Positions 1-10,805 are shown, counted from the first letter of the stretch. The stretch: DNA of 64,000 nt from a bacterium (GCA_043736515.1 JAYTCK010000021.1:3607-67606), one strand, 5' to 3'. Program-made: numbers and translations. The notes: generated by a model from the sequence alone, not told the origin.

Positions 1-26
1 ACAACTCAACTGATTTTACTGTGTGT

Positions 27-845
27 CTATAGTGAAAACACTCTTCGCGCATTTATGACCAGTGTTTCCGCGGTCTTTTCAGGGCTCTCCCCACGAATAG
101 TGGCAATTGCGCTCACTGTTTCATTGACAAAACCCGGCTCGTTACGTTTACCACGCTGTGACTTTGGAGCTACATACGGGGCGTCAGTTTCCGACATAAT
201 GCATTCCTGCGGCAAGTAGCGCACAACGTCATCGTAGTCATGCGCAAATGTAAGAACCCCGGTAAATGACATGGTAAAACCGAGATCAAGGAACTTTTTT
301 GCAATAGCTGTGGTGCCGACGAAAAAGTGCACATTACCGGTGACAGTAGGATTGGCCTTAAGGAGCGTCAGAATATCCTCGTAAGCATCCATTGTCCCCT
401 TTGCCGGCCTGCCGTGAATCATGAGCGGCTTCCCAATTTTTTTGGCGAGAAGAATTTGTCGTTCAAACAACTCATGTTGTCGCGACTTTTCTTCACCAAG
501 GTCTCCACGTGGCTTTTCGGTCGGCCAATAATAATCGAGGCCACACTCCCCTATTGCGACGACGCGCGGATGTGCCGCCATTTTTTCATATACTGCATCA
601 TCAAACATTTCAAGGTGATTGTCGGTAGGGTGGCAACCAGTCGTTGCCCAGAGATCGGGCTCGGTCTCGGCAAGTAGAATAGCCTTCTCGCTCATTGTGC
701 GATCTGTCCCCACAACAATGCTCGCTACTTTTTTCTCGCGCATACGCAAAAGTACCTCATCCAAATCGTATTCAAAACGGGGGTCATTCACATGTGAATG
801 GATGTCGATATAAGTAGGGGGAGACGCGAGCATATTACTTATCAA
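27..845 (-). CDS. TatD-family metal-dependent DNase/hydrolase
   Basis: 272-aa ORF with TatD hallmarks: N-terminal IDIHSHV His motif, GECGLDYYW, and a C-terminal metal-binding His/Asp pattern. Abuts the next gene. Confidence 0.8.
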   Translation of the reverse strand: MISNMLASPPTYIDIHSHVNDPRFEYDLDEVLLRMREKKVASIVVGTDRTMSEKAILLAETEPDLWATTGCHPTDNHLEMFDDAVYEKMAAHPRVVAIGECGLDYYWPTEKPRGDLGEEKSRQHELFERQILLAKKIGKPLMIHGRPAKGTMDAYEDILTLLKANPTVTGNVHFFVGTTAIAKKFLDLGFTMSFTGVLTFAHDYDDVVRYLPQECIMSETDAPYVAPKSQRGKRNEPGFVNETVSAIATIRGESPEKTAETLVINARRVFSL

Positions 846-1206
846 GATAATCTATGTATTCGAGGTAAAGCCCTTCCTCGAAACCTCCCCTCTTTTCTTT
901 TTTCTTGTTGCGTATTTCGAGTACTTCAGCAAGAAGGAGTCCATTGTGATACAGTATTGCGTCAATCACTTCAATCACATCTGCGATTTCTTCCTTGAGC
1001 GCAGTTTTGTCAGGATTTCCATGTGCTGCGAAAACCTCCTCGGTCTCTTCGCGCAACTTATCTTTTAGGCGCTCGATAATTTCTCCTTTTGCTAAATAGC
1101 GGACTTTGTAATCGCTTGCAGTGACATGGTTTGCAACATCGTGTTTATAGATATCAATCATTTTGTCCCGTACAAGCTTGTTGTAATTTTTGCGCATAGC
1201 GAACAA
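835..1206 (-). CDS. MazG-like / phosphoribosyl-ATP pyrophosphohydrolase-like all-alpha NTP pyrophosphatase
   Basis: 123-aa ORF with an N-terminal NKLVRDKMIDI motif typical of MazG/HisE-like house-cleaning NTP-PPases and an acidic EExxE helix. Family call from pattern only. Confidence 0.5.
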   Translation of the reverse strand: MFAMRKNYNKLVRDKMIDIYKHDVANHVTASDYKVRYLAKGEIIERLKDKLREETEEVFAAHGNPDKTALKEEIADVIEVIDAILYHNGLLLAEVLEIRNKKKEKRGGFEEGLYLEYIDYLDK

Positions 1207-1207
1207 A

Positions 1208-2662
1208 TTAGCTCAATCGATTAAACAATGGTGATTCCGGCATTTTGTGCTCCACAATAAGACGCTGGATTTCTTTTGCGGTGTTTGGCAAAAATGGCTC
1301 AAGAAGGACGGAAATACGGTGTAGTCTTTCAATCATCTCGATGATAAGCGCGCGTCCACGCTCTTGGTCTACTTTAATCACTTTGAATGGTGCGGTCTCT
1401 TGGATATAGGCATCGAGCTCACCCACCGCACTCATCACCGCCTCGAGTGCGCGCTTGATGTCGAATGCGCCGAACGCTTCATCTATAGCATTTTGGTGCG
1501 CTAATTCATGAACAGGAATTTCCACTGCGCCATCAAGATGCGTCGTTGTCATTTTCATTATTCGGCTCGTAAGATTCCCGATACCATTCTGGAGATGCGC
1601 AGAATAACTTGCCTTGATACTTTCGAGCGTCAGGTCACCGTCTTCAAACGAAGGGATGTCGTGGAGAAGCACAAAACGCAACACGTCTTCGGGGAATGGC
1701 GTCGACGCCTTAAATGCTTCGATTACGTCGAACGGGTTGATGACGTTTCCGAGTGATTTGGACATTTTCTGCCCACCGCTCATGATGAACCCATCGATAA
1801 CAATGTGCTCTGAATAGGGGAGTTTGGCCGACATCAGCATGGCCTGCCACATTGCGGACTGCTGACGATTGTTATCCTTGCCACAATACTGAATAACCGG
1901 CCACCACTTCGCAAAGCGCTCCGTGTCATCGGGCCAACCGATCGCAGAAATATAGTTCACCAGTGCGTCGAACCACACGTACATCACATGCTCATCGTCG
2001 CCTGGCACGGGGACTCCCCACGGCATTTTTGTCTTCAGGCGCGAAATACTGAAGTCTTCAAGTCCCCGCTCCACAAACGCCTTTGTTTCATTGAAGCGGA
2101 ATGAGGGAATAACGAAGTCGGGATGCTTTTCGTAAAACTCAAGGAGGGGTTTGGTGTAATTTGAAAATTTGAAAAAATAGTTTTCCTCTTCGCGAATTTC
2201 TATCTCACGATTCGCATGAAGCGGGCAGTGCCCATCGACTAATTCGGAATCGGTCTTCTCAAGCTCGCACCCCACGCAGTACTTTACGCGATAGAGTTTT
2301 TTATAGATATCGCCATTTGCTTCACAGCGCTTCCAGAACTCTTGTGCAGCACGCACGTGGTGCGCATCGGTCGTGCGAATAAAATTATCTACCGAGAGAT
2401 TGAGGAGTGGCGCCAGCTCGCGGAACTTTGCCGCATAGCGGTCAGTGTACGCTTGTGCATCAATTCCCTCTTTGAGAGCTGCCTCGTGTATCTTTGCTCC
2501 GTGCTCATCGGTTCCGGTATTAAAAAAAACCTCCATCCCCCTACTTCGGTGATACCGCGCAAGAGCATCCGCCCGAATAATTTCCATTGCAAAACCCACA
2601 TGAGGATCTGCATTAACGTAAGGAAGAGTGGTGGTGATGTAGATGTGATTTTCTTTCGCCAT
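1208..2662 (-). CDS. metG: Methionyl-tRNA synthetase (short form, class I)
   Basis: 484 aa. HIGH-region ITTTLPYVNADPHVGFA, KMSKSLGN, and YVWFDALVNYIS typical of MetRS. Confidence 0.85.
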   Translation of the reverse strand: MAKENHIYITTTLPYVNADPHVGFAMEIIRADALARYHRSRGMEVFFNTGTDEHGAKIHEAALKEGIDAQAYTDRYAAKFRELAPLLNLSVDNFIRTTDAHHVRAAQEFWKRCEANGDIYKKLYRVKYCVGCELEKTDSELVDGHCPLHANREIEIREEENYFFKFSNYTKPLLEFYEKHPDFVIPSFRFNETKAFVERGLEDFSISRLKTKMPWGVPVPGDDEHVMYVWFDALVNYISAIGWPDDTERFAKWWPVIQYCGKDNNRQQSAMWQAMLMSAKLPYSEHIVIDGFIMSGGQKMSKSLGNVINPFDVIEAFKASTPFPEDVLRFVLLHDIPSFEDGDLTLESIKASYSAHLQNGIGNLTSRIMKMTTTHLDGAVEIPVHELAHQNAIDEAFGAFDIKRALEAVMSAVGELDAYIQETAPFKVIKVDQERGRALIIEMIERLHRISVLLEPFLPNTAKEIQRLIVEHKMPESPLFNRLS

Positions 2663-2824
2663 ATAATAGCAATCTATATTCTAAACAATTCCAACGCAAC
2701 TAAGGCTCTATTTTGGGATGCAATTCAAATTTTTTACGTTGGAGGTGTTCGAGAAGCTGTATGAGTGATACTGCTTCCGAACCTTCCAACGGTAAAAAAT
2801 TTGAAGGGCGCCCAAAAAATGGCC

Positions 2825-3919
2825 TTAGTCCTCGAAGATTTTTTTCTCGCGTGCCACATCATTCAAAAACTCCATAAGTATCGCCGTCACCGGAACAGCA
2901 ATCAATATACCGAGGAATCCTGCCATTTTAGCACCGATAACAAGCGCAAGGATAACCAATACGGGAGGAATGCCGATCACCTTGCGCACCACAAGAGGAT
3001 AGATTAAATGACTTTCAAATTGCTGAATGATGAAATAAAACACTCCGACAATAAGCGCAGCGGTGAGCCCAGGATCGGCGACACGGATACCGTCAGTGAA
3101 TGCAACGGCAACTGCGGGCACAGCAGCGAGAATCGGGCCAAACACCGGAATAAGCTCAAATATCATAATGAGCACGGCAAGAAAGAGTGCGGACGGTACT
3201 CCCATGATGGTGAGCCCAAGATACGTGAGTACGCCCACAAGAACGCCGAGCAGGACTTGACCCTGAAACCAAAGTCCTATTTTTGCTTGAGAACGTTTCC
3301 AGAGATCAACAATGTACCCACGTGATTTTACTGGAGAAATAAGCCGCAAAAAATGTTCTACTCCGCGCTCCTGGGCGGAAAGATAAAAAGAAAGCACCAC
3401 GATAAGCACAAAGGAAAGAAATCCTCCAAAAAATGCACTCGCAGACTGTATCACACCCCCCCGTTCGATCCCATTTTTGAATAAATCAACAACATTCGCA
3501 CTCTCGGAGAGACCTCGTTCCATACCTGTAGCTGGGGTAATAGTGTGAACCACATCGCCGTCAGCACTTTCTGCAAGCGGATTCCACAGGCTTGAAATAT
3601 CAATATATGTGGGGAGGGCGCGTGCCATTTGTGATACATCCGCTAAGATAGCGGGGACAAAGAAGTATACGAGGCAAAGCAGTGATGCTCCGCCCGTGGT
3701 GTAGATAAGAACGAGTGCAAGTAAGCGCGGAATATTTCTTTGGGCAAAAAATCTGACGAGCGGCTCGATTGCGGAGGCAAGGATCACCGCAGTAAGTACG
3801 ACAACAAGAATATCCCGCAGGAACCAGGCAAGTGCAAAAAACCCAAGAATAAAAACTATCCGGACTACAGTTTCGGAAGAAACGGAAATCTCCAATTCTG
3901 CTGGCTCGCCTTTGCTCAT
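2825..3919 (-). CDS. AI-2E family transporter (PerM/UPF0118) membrane protein
   Basis: 364-aa polytopic membrane protein with the N-terminal pattern of the UPF0118/AI-2E family. Confidence 0.65.
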   Translation of the reverse strand: MSKGEPAELEISVSSETVVRIVFILGFFALAWFLRDILVVVLTAVILASAIEPLVRFFAQRNIPRLLALVLIYTTGGASLLCLVYFFVPAILADVSQMARALPTYIDISSLWNPLAESADGDVVHTITPATGMERGLSESANVVDLFKNGIERGGVIQSASAFFGGFLSFVLIVVLSFYLSAQERGVEHFLRLISPVKSRGYIVDLWKRSQAKIGLWFQGQVLLGVLVGVLTYLGLTIMGVPSALFLAVLIMIFELIPVFGPILAAVPAVAVAFTDGIRVADPGLTAALIVGVFYFIIQQFESHLIYPLVVRKVIGIPPVLVILALVIGAKMAGFLGILIAVPVTAILMEFLNDVAREKKIFED

Positions 3920-3969
3920 TCACCCCATAATACCACGGAGAGCCGGGCGTGTCAGTATGACGATATGCC

Positions 3970-5238
3970 TCAAACTTTTAATAATTTGAGAAACTTCTCT
4001 TTATTCTTCCAGGGTCCGATCATCGCCAAGTTAAGTTTTTCGGTGACAAAAATTTCACGGGCTACTTTTTGAAGGTCCTTGGCAGTTATTGCGTTTATCT
4101 TACCGATGATCTCTTTGGGGGTCACAGTCTTTTTTCGCAATATATATTGAATACCATAAAACTCGGAAAGTTCGTCGGAAGACTCGAGGCCCAACACAAG
4201 TCGCCCGGCGATCATATCTTTGGTTTTTTTGAGCTCGATTTCGGGGACTAAATCAGTCTTGAGCCGTTTAAATTCCGCAAGAATAGCGGACACTGCTTCA
4301 GCGGCGCGCTCATTCACCACGCCCGCAGATGCAGCAAAAACACCGTGATCGGTAAATGCGTCGTTGGCAGCGCGCACATAGTATCCAAGTCCCATTTCAG
4401 TACGCACTTTTTGAAAAAGTCTTGAGCTCATTCCGGACCCAAGCACACCCGCCAAAAGCACGAGTGCGTAATGATACTTGTGTCCGAGCGGAAAGCTACG
4501 CACCCCAAGCACTAAATGTGTTTGGTCAGACTCTTTAAAGTTCAAGAGTAGAGCGGGCTTGTTTTGGCGATCATCAACCTTCACCTTATTTTTCTTTTTT
4601 CGTTTCGGTTGATCACAAAACTGCTTTGCTATAAGTGCTTCAATTTTTTTGGTATTGAACTTTCCCGCGACAACTACCGTTGTTGCATTAGGCATATAAT
4701 GCATTGCGCGGTATGCAAGAAAATCTTCACGGATAAATGTCGTTACGAGTTCCTTTGGTCCAGCAATTTCTTGACCGGCAGGTTGGTCCCCGTAGAGCAG
4801 TTTCATAAAAATATCACTCACCTTACGCATGGGCATGTCTTCGTACATATTGATCTCCCCCACAATCGCACCCTTTTCCTGTTCTATATCCTCTTGTCTA
4901 AAAAGAGAGTTGCAGTAAATATCACCGAGAACGTCGAGGGCTTTTGGTAAATACGGAGCAGCAACTTTTGCATAATAGCCCGTATATTCATGGCCAGTAA
5001 AAGCATTTGATTCAGCGCCCAAACTATCGAACTCTTGTGCGATGATGCTTTGATTTGGACGATTGGTGGTCCCCTTAAAACACATATGCTCAAGAAAGTG
5101 GGAGATGCCGCTTCTGTTTTTGGTTTCGTACTTAGATCCTGTCTCCACAAGCACAAGGGCTGTTGCGGTATGCTGGTCTTTCATCGGGATAAGCAGTATC
5201 GAAAGTCCGTTTGTTAATTTTTTTATGGTTGGCTTCAT
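3970..5238 (-). CDS. M16 family (insulinase/pitrilysin-like) zinc peptidase
   Basis: 422 aa. HFLEHMCFKGT inverted zinc-binding HxxEH motif near the N-terminus, followed by a downstream Glu. Confidence 0.8.
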   Translation of the reverse strand: MKPTIKKLTNGLSILLIPMKDQHTATALVLVETGSKYETKNRSGISHFLEHMCFKGTTNRPNQSIIAQEFDSLGAESNAFTGHEYTGYYAKVAAPYLPKALDVLGDIYCNSLFRQEDIEQEKGAIVGEINMYEDMPMRKVSDIFMKLLYGDQPAGQEIAGPKELVTTFIREDFLAYRAMHYMPNATTVVVAGKFNTKKIEALIAKQFCDQPKRKKKNKVKVDDRQNKPALLLNFKESDQTHLVLGVRSFPLGHKYHYALVLLAGVLGSGMSSRLFQKVRTEMGLGYYVRAANDAFTDHGVFAASAGVVNERAAEAVSAILAEFKRLKTDLVPEIELKKTKDMIAGRLVLGLESSDELSEFYGIQYILRKKTVTPKEIIGKINAITAKDLQKVAREIFVTEKLNLAMIGPWKNKEKFLKLLKV

Positions 5239-5271
5239 GAAAAATGATTATAGCACAACATTACTGCTGAG

Positions 5272-6486
5272 CTATTTTTTATAGAGGAGTAAGGCTCCTG
5301 GGTACAAAAGTGCCGTTGCAAGTGCCGAAAGAACAAGCCCAAGGCGCACCGCGTTTTCCCCTTCCCCAACCAAACTGACGAGTAGAGCAAGGATGAGTAG
5401 CGACAGAACCCGCCACACCCCAAATGCCGCGTCACGCAGGATCATTGTTGGAAAAAAATCTCTCCCTTTTATTCCGAGTGTCTCCATGGTCTCAAGGTCT
5501 ATCACGTGAGATGAAACGCGAAGGAGGGGTTTGAGCACTACAGAAAAAAGAGTAAAAAGAATGAATACGATAAACTCAAAACGCACCGCAAGCATGAGTG
5601 TAATGAGGGCTGTTGCCATTGCGGTGACAAAAAGAAATCGTAACCGATTGCCGCTATGGCGATGACGTGAGAGCGCGAGAAGTGCAACTGCTGAGATGAC
5701 GGCAAAAGCCGTATGGAAAAGACCAACCTGTGTTTCACTACCAAGAAACAGGATTGCCGCAATCGGGAGCACAATTCGACTGAAAGCAAACTGTGCTGAA
5801 GCTGAAAAAAGATACAACTGCCCCCTCAGATTTTTACGATCATGGAAAAAATGGTGTACGTCCGCGCGATCAATCGGTAAAGGCCTATACGTGCGAATAT
5901 GTCGAAACAGCGGAATCCCTGCGAGATACAGAAGCGGTGAGATTGCGAACAAAAGCGCGTAGCTACCTAAATGAAAAAAATCACGCGAAAGATAAAAAAG
6001 TAGTGTTGCAACTGCTGGAGCGGTAAGGTCAATTACCTGATCGCCCGCGGAGAGCACAGAGGAGTAATAATCACGCTCATGATCCTTTGTCTCCGTAAGT
6101 TCGAATGTGTGGAGTGTGACCCAATAGAGTCCCAACCCAAAACCATTCCAAAAAGAAAAGTAGAGCGCATCATGCTTCGTGACATCCCCATAGAGAAAAA
6201 GAAAACTGAAGCAGAGGCTGATAAACGCCCACATATATCCCCATTTCATGTTCACACGCCACTGTGCCATAAGAGCGCCGATTAGGCTGAAGCCCAGTGC
6301 GCATCCGATAAAATAAACGGCGACAGTGACAATGTTGAATGACACGCTGTGAAATCGCTGATAGAGAAAGATCTGCACAAACATGCCGGTCATCGCCCCC
6401 ACAAAACTGTATACCCAGTGTAAATACAGCATTGCCCGAACAGGGGTGCGGAGGTCGCTGAATTGACGGAGTGCGGTTTTAAGCAT
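5272..6486 (-). CDS. Polytopic membrane transporter, MFS-like
   Basis: 404 aa with roughly 12 hydrophobic segments in two halves of six. No specific motif recognised. Confidence 0.45.
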   Translation of the reverse strand: MLKTALRQFSDLRTPVRAMLYLHWVYSFVGAMTGMFVQIFLYQRFHSVSFNIVTVAVYFIGCALGFSLIGALMAQWRVNMKWGYMWAFISLCFSFLFLYGDVTKHDALYFSFWNGFGLGLYWVTLHTFELTETKDHERDYYSSVLSAGDQVIDLTAPAVATLLFYLSRDFFHLGSYALLFAISPLLYLAGIPLFRHIRTYRPLPIDRADVHHFFHDRKNLRGQLYLFSASAQFAFSRIVLPIAAILFLGSETQVGLFHTAFAVISAVALLALSRHRHSGNRLRFLFVTAMATALITLMLAVRFEFIVFILFTLFSVVLKPLLRVSSHVIDLETMETLGIKGRDFFPTMILRDAAFGVWRVLSLLILALLVSLVGEGENAVRLGLVLSALATALLYPGALLLYKK

Positions 6487-6513
6487 GTTTCCATACTAAC
6501 ACACGCACATTTT

Positions 6514-7095
6514 CTACCGTAGAGATAGGTGTGGGCGTACGAATGCAACTGCTCCCTCGAGATTCTCTTCAATACTACCACTTACATCCAAGAGATGTAC
6601 GGGGCGCAAGTCTTTGTATGCGGAATGAAATTTGATGAACTCACTCATGACACTTTGCAAAAAATCGATATCGTATTCATTCCACTCTGCTGCGCTTGTG
6701 CGATTGCGTGCTTTTATTCGCGCAGTGACCGTCTCAATGGGGGCATCAATGATAATGTGCACATCGGGAAGTTGCTTGGGAAGATGGTCGTACACGGAGC
6801 GGAAAATATTACGCGCGTGCTCATCGAGGAGCACATTGGCGTACGCCGAAATATCTGCCCAGCCTCTATCGCTGACATAAATCTTTTTGGGGTCTTTCAT
6901 TTGTGCTTCCTTCAGTATCATCTGTCGCACAAACCAGAGCTCGGAGAGCAGTGCATTGCCATTAACCCCAAGTGGCGGAGGCGGTATGGCTTCATCGATA
7001 GACTCTGTGAGATGCACTGCGCCAAGTTCCTCTGCGAGGCGCTTTGCGAGCGTTGTCTTCCCTATGCCATGTGCTCCCGAGAGGACGATATACAT
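6514..7095 (-). CDS. Deoxynucleoside kinase-like P-loop kinase
   Basis: 193 aa. P-loop LSGAHGIGKTT, YVSDRGWAD (ERS-like), and an Arg-rich lid RIKARNRTSAAEW. Resembles the dNK/dCK/dGK family. Confidence 0.55.
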   Translation of the reverse strand: MYIVLSGAHGIGKTTLAKRLAEELGAVHLTESIDEAIPPPPLGVNGNALLSELWFVRQMILKEAQMKDPKKIYVSDRGWADISAYANVLLDEHARNIFRSVYDHLPKQLPDVHIIIDAPIETVTARIKARNRTSAAEWNEYDIDFLQSVMSEFIKFHSAYKDLRPVHLLDVSGSIEENLEGAVAFVRPHLSLR

Positions 7096-7153
7096 GCATT
7101 CATTTTATCACAAACGATCCGAACCTGAAGCTTGGGTCGTTTGTGAGGTCTGA

Positions 7154-8476
7154 CTAAGAGAGGCGGGAAATGAGATTGGAAACCAAGACACGCTCTTGTG
7201 TGCCCGTGTCACGATTGCGGAGCGTTACCGTGTCGAGTAGATCTGGGTTTTCACCGAGCGTGTCGAAGTCGATGGTGACACACCACGGGGTTCCTATTTC
7301 ATCTTGCCTGCGATAGCGCTTGCCGATATTGCCGTTATCATCAAAAAGAACATTTCCCATTTCTTTTTTAAGTATCGCAAACACTTCACGTGCTTTTGCG
7401 ACAAGTTCAGGTTTATTTTTCAGGAGCGGGAATACTGCTACGCGTACGGGTGCAATGTTTGGCTTAAATTTTAAATACACGCGCTTTTCACCACCCATTT
7501 CATCTTCGGTGTATGCCTCAGCCAGTATTGCAAGCATGGTGCGCCCGATACCGAGCGACGGCTCGATCACGTGCGGAAGAAATTTTTCTTTTTGCTCTTC
7601 GTCAAAATATTCAAGGTTTACTTTACTCCCTTCTTGATGGCTCTTGAGGTCAAAATCAGTGCGGTACGCAAGACCCCACAATTCTTTTCTTCCCATGGGA
7701 AAATCATATTCGAAATCTATAGTACGTTTAGAGTAGTGCGCAAGATCTTCACCTTCTACCTCAAGCTCGTGAAGCTTTTCTTTAGAAAGACCGATCGCTT
7801 CACTAAATTTCCACATTTCATTACGCCAGTGTTCAAAATACTCACTCCAGGTGCCGGGACGGACAAAGTATTCTACCTCCATCATCTCAAGTTCGCGTAC
7901 ACGGAAAATAAAATCTCGGGGCGCAATCTCATTTCTAAATGCTTTGCCGATTTGCGCGAGACCAAAGGGTAGCTTGGGGTGGAAAGTGTCGACAACGTTT
8001 TTGTAATTCACAAACATGCCTCCCGCTGTTTCCGGGCGGAGGTAGACAATACTGCCCGCATCCTCCATTGCACCTACCTGTGTTTTGAACATCATGTTGA
8101 ACTGTCGCTCTTCGCCGAGTGCTCCTCCACATTCAGGACATTTCATTTTGTTCTCGAGGTGATCTGCACGAAAGCGCTTTTTGCATTTTGTGCATTCCAC
8201 AAGCGGGTCGGAAAAGCCACCAACGTGACCTGATGAAACCCATGCCTGCGAATTCATGAGTATTGCCGCATCAATGCCGTACATATCTTCGCGATCGTCT
8301 ACAAACATCTTCCACCAAAGATTTTCAATGTTTTTCTTAAGTGTTACCCCAAGCGGACCGTAGTCCCACGTCCCCGCAAGGCCGCCATAAATTTCGGAGC
8401 CTTGAAAGACAAAGCCGCGGCGCTTGCACAGCGAAATGATTGCTTCCATTTTTTCGTTTACGTTCTCCTTCGCCAT
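7154..8476 (-). CDS. glyQS: Glycyl-tRNA synthetase (alpha2 dimeric type)
   Basis: 440 aa. N-terminus MAKENV..RRGFVFQGSEIYGGLAGTWDYGPLG and class II motifs. Classic archaeal/eukaryote-like GlyRS. Confidence 0.9.
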   Translation of the reverse strand: MAKENVNEKMEAIISLCKRRGFVFQGSEIYGGLAGTWDYGPLGVTLKKNIENLWWKMFVDDREDMYGIDAAILMNSQAWVSSGHVGGFSDPLVECTKCKKRFRADHLENKMKCPECGGALGEERQFNMMFKTQVGAMEDAGSIVYLRPETAGGMFVNYKNVVDTFHPKLPFGLAQIGKAFRNEIAPRDFIFRVRELEMMEVEYFVRPGTWSEYFEHWRNEMWKFSEAIGLSKEKLHELEVEGEDLAHYSKRTIDFEYDFPMGRKELWGLAYRTDFDLKSHQEGSKVNLEYFDEEQKEKFLPHVIEPSLGIGRTMLAILAEAYTEDEMGGEKRVYLKFKPNIAPVRVAVFPLLKNKPELVAKAREVFAILKKEMGNVLFDDNGNIGKRYRRQDEIGTPWCVTIDFDTLGENPDLLDTVTLRNRDTGTQERVLVSNLISRLS

Positions 8477-8608
8477 AGTTTTCTTATGCTACACGGATTT
8501 CTCGGAATCTGCAAAAACAGCTATTAGTCTAAACGGATGCCCCATCATGATTAGAGATGGGGCTTCCTGGATGGCATCATCAGAATGATCCGTTTGAACT
8601 TAGAGAAC

Positions 8609-10516
8609 TTATGGTTTTATCTCGTAGTCGTTAGGCCCTGCCTTCGGATCCGTCGAAAGTCTCGTTGTAAGATCAGTACGCGAGACATTAATAACTTCTC
8701 CCGTAAAAACATCAGTGGCGGTAAAAAGAATGTCCGTCACAATTTTGGGGATAGATTGAGTCTGAGTAATGCTCGGGGTAAGTATGACCTGGAATGCTAC
8801 TTCACGAGGTGGCTTTGCTACACCTACTCCGGCAGAAATATCTCCAGGACGCCACACAACTTGATTAGTCGTGCGATCAAACATAATGTTTTCTTTACTC
8901 GGGGAAACTGAGCCTGCCCACGCAACATATGGAGGAAGTGTGCCACGTATCTCGCCGTTCGTAAGATTGTTTGAAGTGTTTACGATGTTCCAAATTATCG
9001 TGTACGTTGTTTCTTGTTCCACTCGTGGAGGAATCGGGCCGCTGTTCACAAATGGCCCGACATAGTACACAACGCGTGTCGCGAATTGCGCTTGCGATGT
9101 CACTTTTGCACACTTGGTAATAACGGTTTTAATTTCTTCGGGGACTCCCGACTCAGAAATACGCTTACCGCGCACTGTGACATCGGCGCAAAGAGTAATG
9201 TTAGTAAGAGTACCCTGAGGCGGAAGTGGGGAGAATGCAAACTCATTTTCCCCTGTCGCCCCCGTTTCCATCACTGCAAGTGAAGGATCGCCTCGTTCAT
9301 CCCATAAGATTGTGTCGTCGATCGATCGAAAAAATCCTTTATCCGCCGCAGTGACTGTTGTGCGGTCAAGTCCAACCCCTCGTAGGTGTACTTCGATCTG
9401 CGCATTAATAATTTTTGTTGCGAGGTTGTTTTTCCACTTTACCTTTCCGGTCACGCGCCCACCAAAATGCGCAACAGCCTCCTCGGCAGGTACCCCATTT
9501 AAGGTGAGTTCGACTCCAATGAATGGGCGCATCAACCTCACAGAAGAGAGCACCTTGCTGTATATTGTTTCGATATCACGCGCCATGCGGTCGTTCGAGA
9601 CTCCGATGTTCGTATAAAATACTTTTTCCTGAGTATCCTCTCCGGAAAGCACGCCGCGTACCTTCACTTCAAACTTGCCAGTTGAAGAGAGCGTCCCTAT
9701 CTTCCATGTATTATTGCCCAGTGTGGGTTTTGGATCTGCATCGATAAACGTAAATCCGAGGGGATATTCCATTTGCATGAGTACATCCCGAAGCGGTATC
9801 GCCGTATTCGAAACCGCTTTGATGGTGAATTCAATCGTTTGCCCTGCGTTTATTTCCTTGAGTGTGTTGACAGTGACATTGATAGGCGATGCGAGCAGGT
9901 TAATATTGCGTGTTTCTGTTTTCGAAAAAACTGAGTTCACACCCTGAAAACGATACTCGAGGATTGCCCGAATCTCTTTGTCTGTGTTTGCTTCACCGAG
10001 AAAAATTGCCCTCGTGCGAAATTCTACCGTGGCGCCAGGAAGGAGTTTGTCAAAAATTTTCTTGTCATCATTGAGATCTTTGTCCGGATTTTCTCCTGAT
10101 CGCGTGCCCGAGGGAAATACCACTTTAAGACTTGCGTACTCGAGCGGAACACGATTGTTATTTGTAATTCTCACCATCATATCTACGGGCGCACCGGGCG
10201 TGGACGCGACGGGGAGATCAAACGCAATCTGAATATTCTTTTCAGAAGGTTTCGCGAGCGGATCAAATAATTGATAGAGCAAATACCCCCCAGAAAGTAT
10301 CGCAGACAACACGGCAACAACAACGAGGGTCTTGAGCATACGCACGCCTGTTCTTTTTTGTGACATACCGTGAATAATTTTTGTGTCACCCCAATCACTC
10401 GCCACCTCAATATCGGAAGCGGATAATTCGGATTCTCGCTCATGGGACTCCCCGTCAGGCCTATAGAGACCGCGCTTGGCACGCTCGATGCGACTGCTGT
10501 CGTATTCAGTATCCAT
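8609..10516 (-). CDS. Hypothetical membrane-anchored protein with a large beta-rich extracytoplasmic region
   Basis: 635 aa. Charged N-terminal cytoplasmic segment, a single TM (LKTLVVVAVLSAILSGGYLLY), then ~540 aa of T/V/N-rich repetitive beta-strand-like sequence. No recognisable catalytic motif. Confidence 0.55.
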   Translation of the reverse strand: MDTEYDSSRIERAKRGLYRPDGESHERESELSASDIEVASDWGDTKIIHGMSQKRTGVRMLKTLVVVAVLSAILSGGYLLYQLFDPLAKPSEKNIQIAFDLPVASTPGAPVDMMVRITNNNRVPLEYASLKVVFPSGTRSGENPDKDLNDDKKIFDKLLPGATVEFRTRAIFLGEANTDKEIRAILEYRFQGVNSVFSKTETRNINLLASPINVTVNTLKEINAGQTIEFTIKAVSNTAIPLRDVLMQMEYPLGFTFIDADPKPTLGNNTWKIGTLSSTGKFEVKVRGVLSGEDTQEKVFYTNIGVSNDRMARDIETIYSKVLSSVRLMRPFIGVELTLNGVPAEEAVAHFGGRVTGKVKWKNNLATKIINAQIEVHLRGVGLDRTTVTAADKGFFRSIDDTILWDERGDPSLAVMETGATGENEFAFSPLPPQGTLTNITLCADVTVRGKRISESGVPEEIKTVITKCAKVTSQAQFATRVVYYVGPFVNSGPIPPRVEQETTYTIIWNIVNTSNNLTNGEIRGTLPPYVAWAGSVSPSKENIMFDRTTNQVVWRPGDISAGVGVAKPPREVAFQVILTPSITQTQSIPKIVTDILFTATDVFTGEVINVSRTDLTTRLSTDPKAGPNDYEIKP

Positions 10517-10805
10517 ACTTTTATTATTATACCATTATTTTTATAGATGGAAAACATGAAATACTTCCGTAAATGGATGAAATTCGCGACGCGGGGTGAG
10601 CTGTGGTTTGAGAACCCATTCTGATGGACCACAGCGCAAGACCTTTTGACCCAGCCCCAGTTTTGTTTACTGAATTGCAAAACTGGAGCTGGGCAAAAGG
10701 TGTACTGCCCATGTAATGGGAGCGATGAGGAAGATGTATTCTGATACATTGACCGAGTCGCAGGGACCCCGCAACAAAGAAGTTCGCCATTTATGGGAGT
10801 ATTTC

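Noticed and set aside
6529-7128. 199-aa plus-strand ORF overlapping the dNK-like kinase
   Set aside because: It is antisense to an ORF with a clear P-loop kinase motif. It is Cys-rich low-complexity and likely spurious.
8477-8608. tRNA-like cloverleaf in the glyQS/membrane-protein spacer
   Set aside because: The region has an outer stem with only two internal hairpins and no T-loop GTTCRANTC or anticodon arm geometry. It is more likely terminator or attenuator hairpins.
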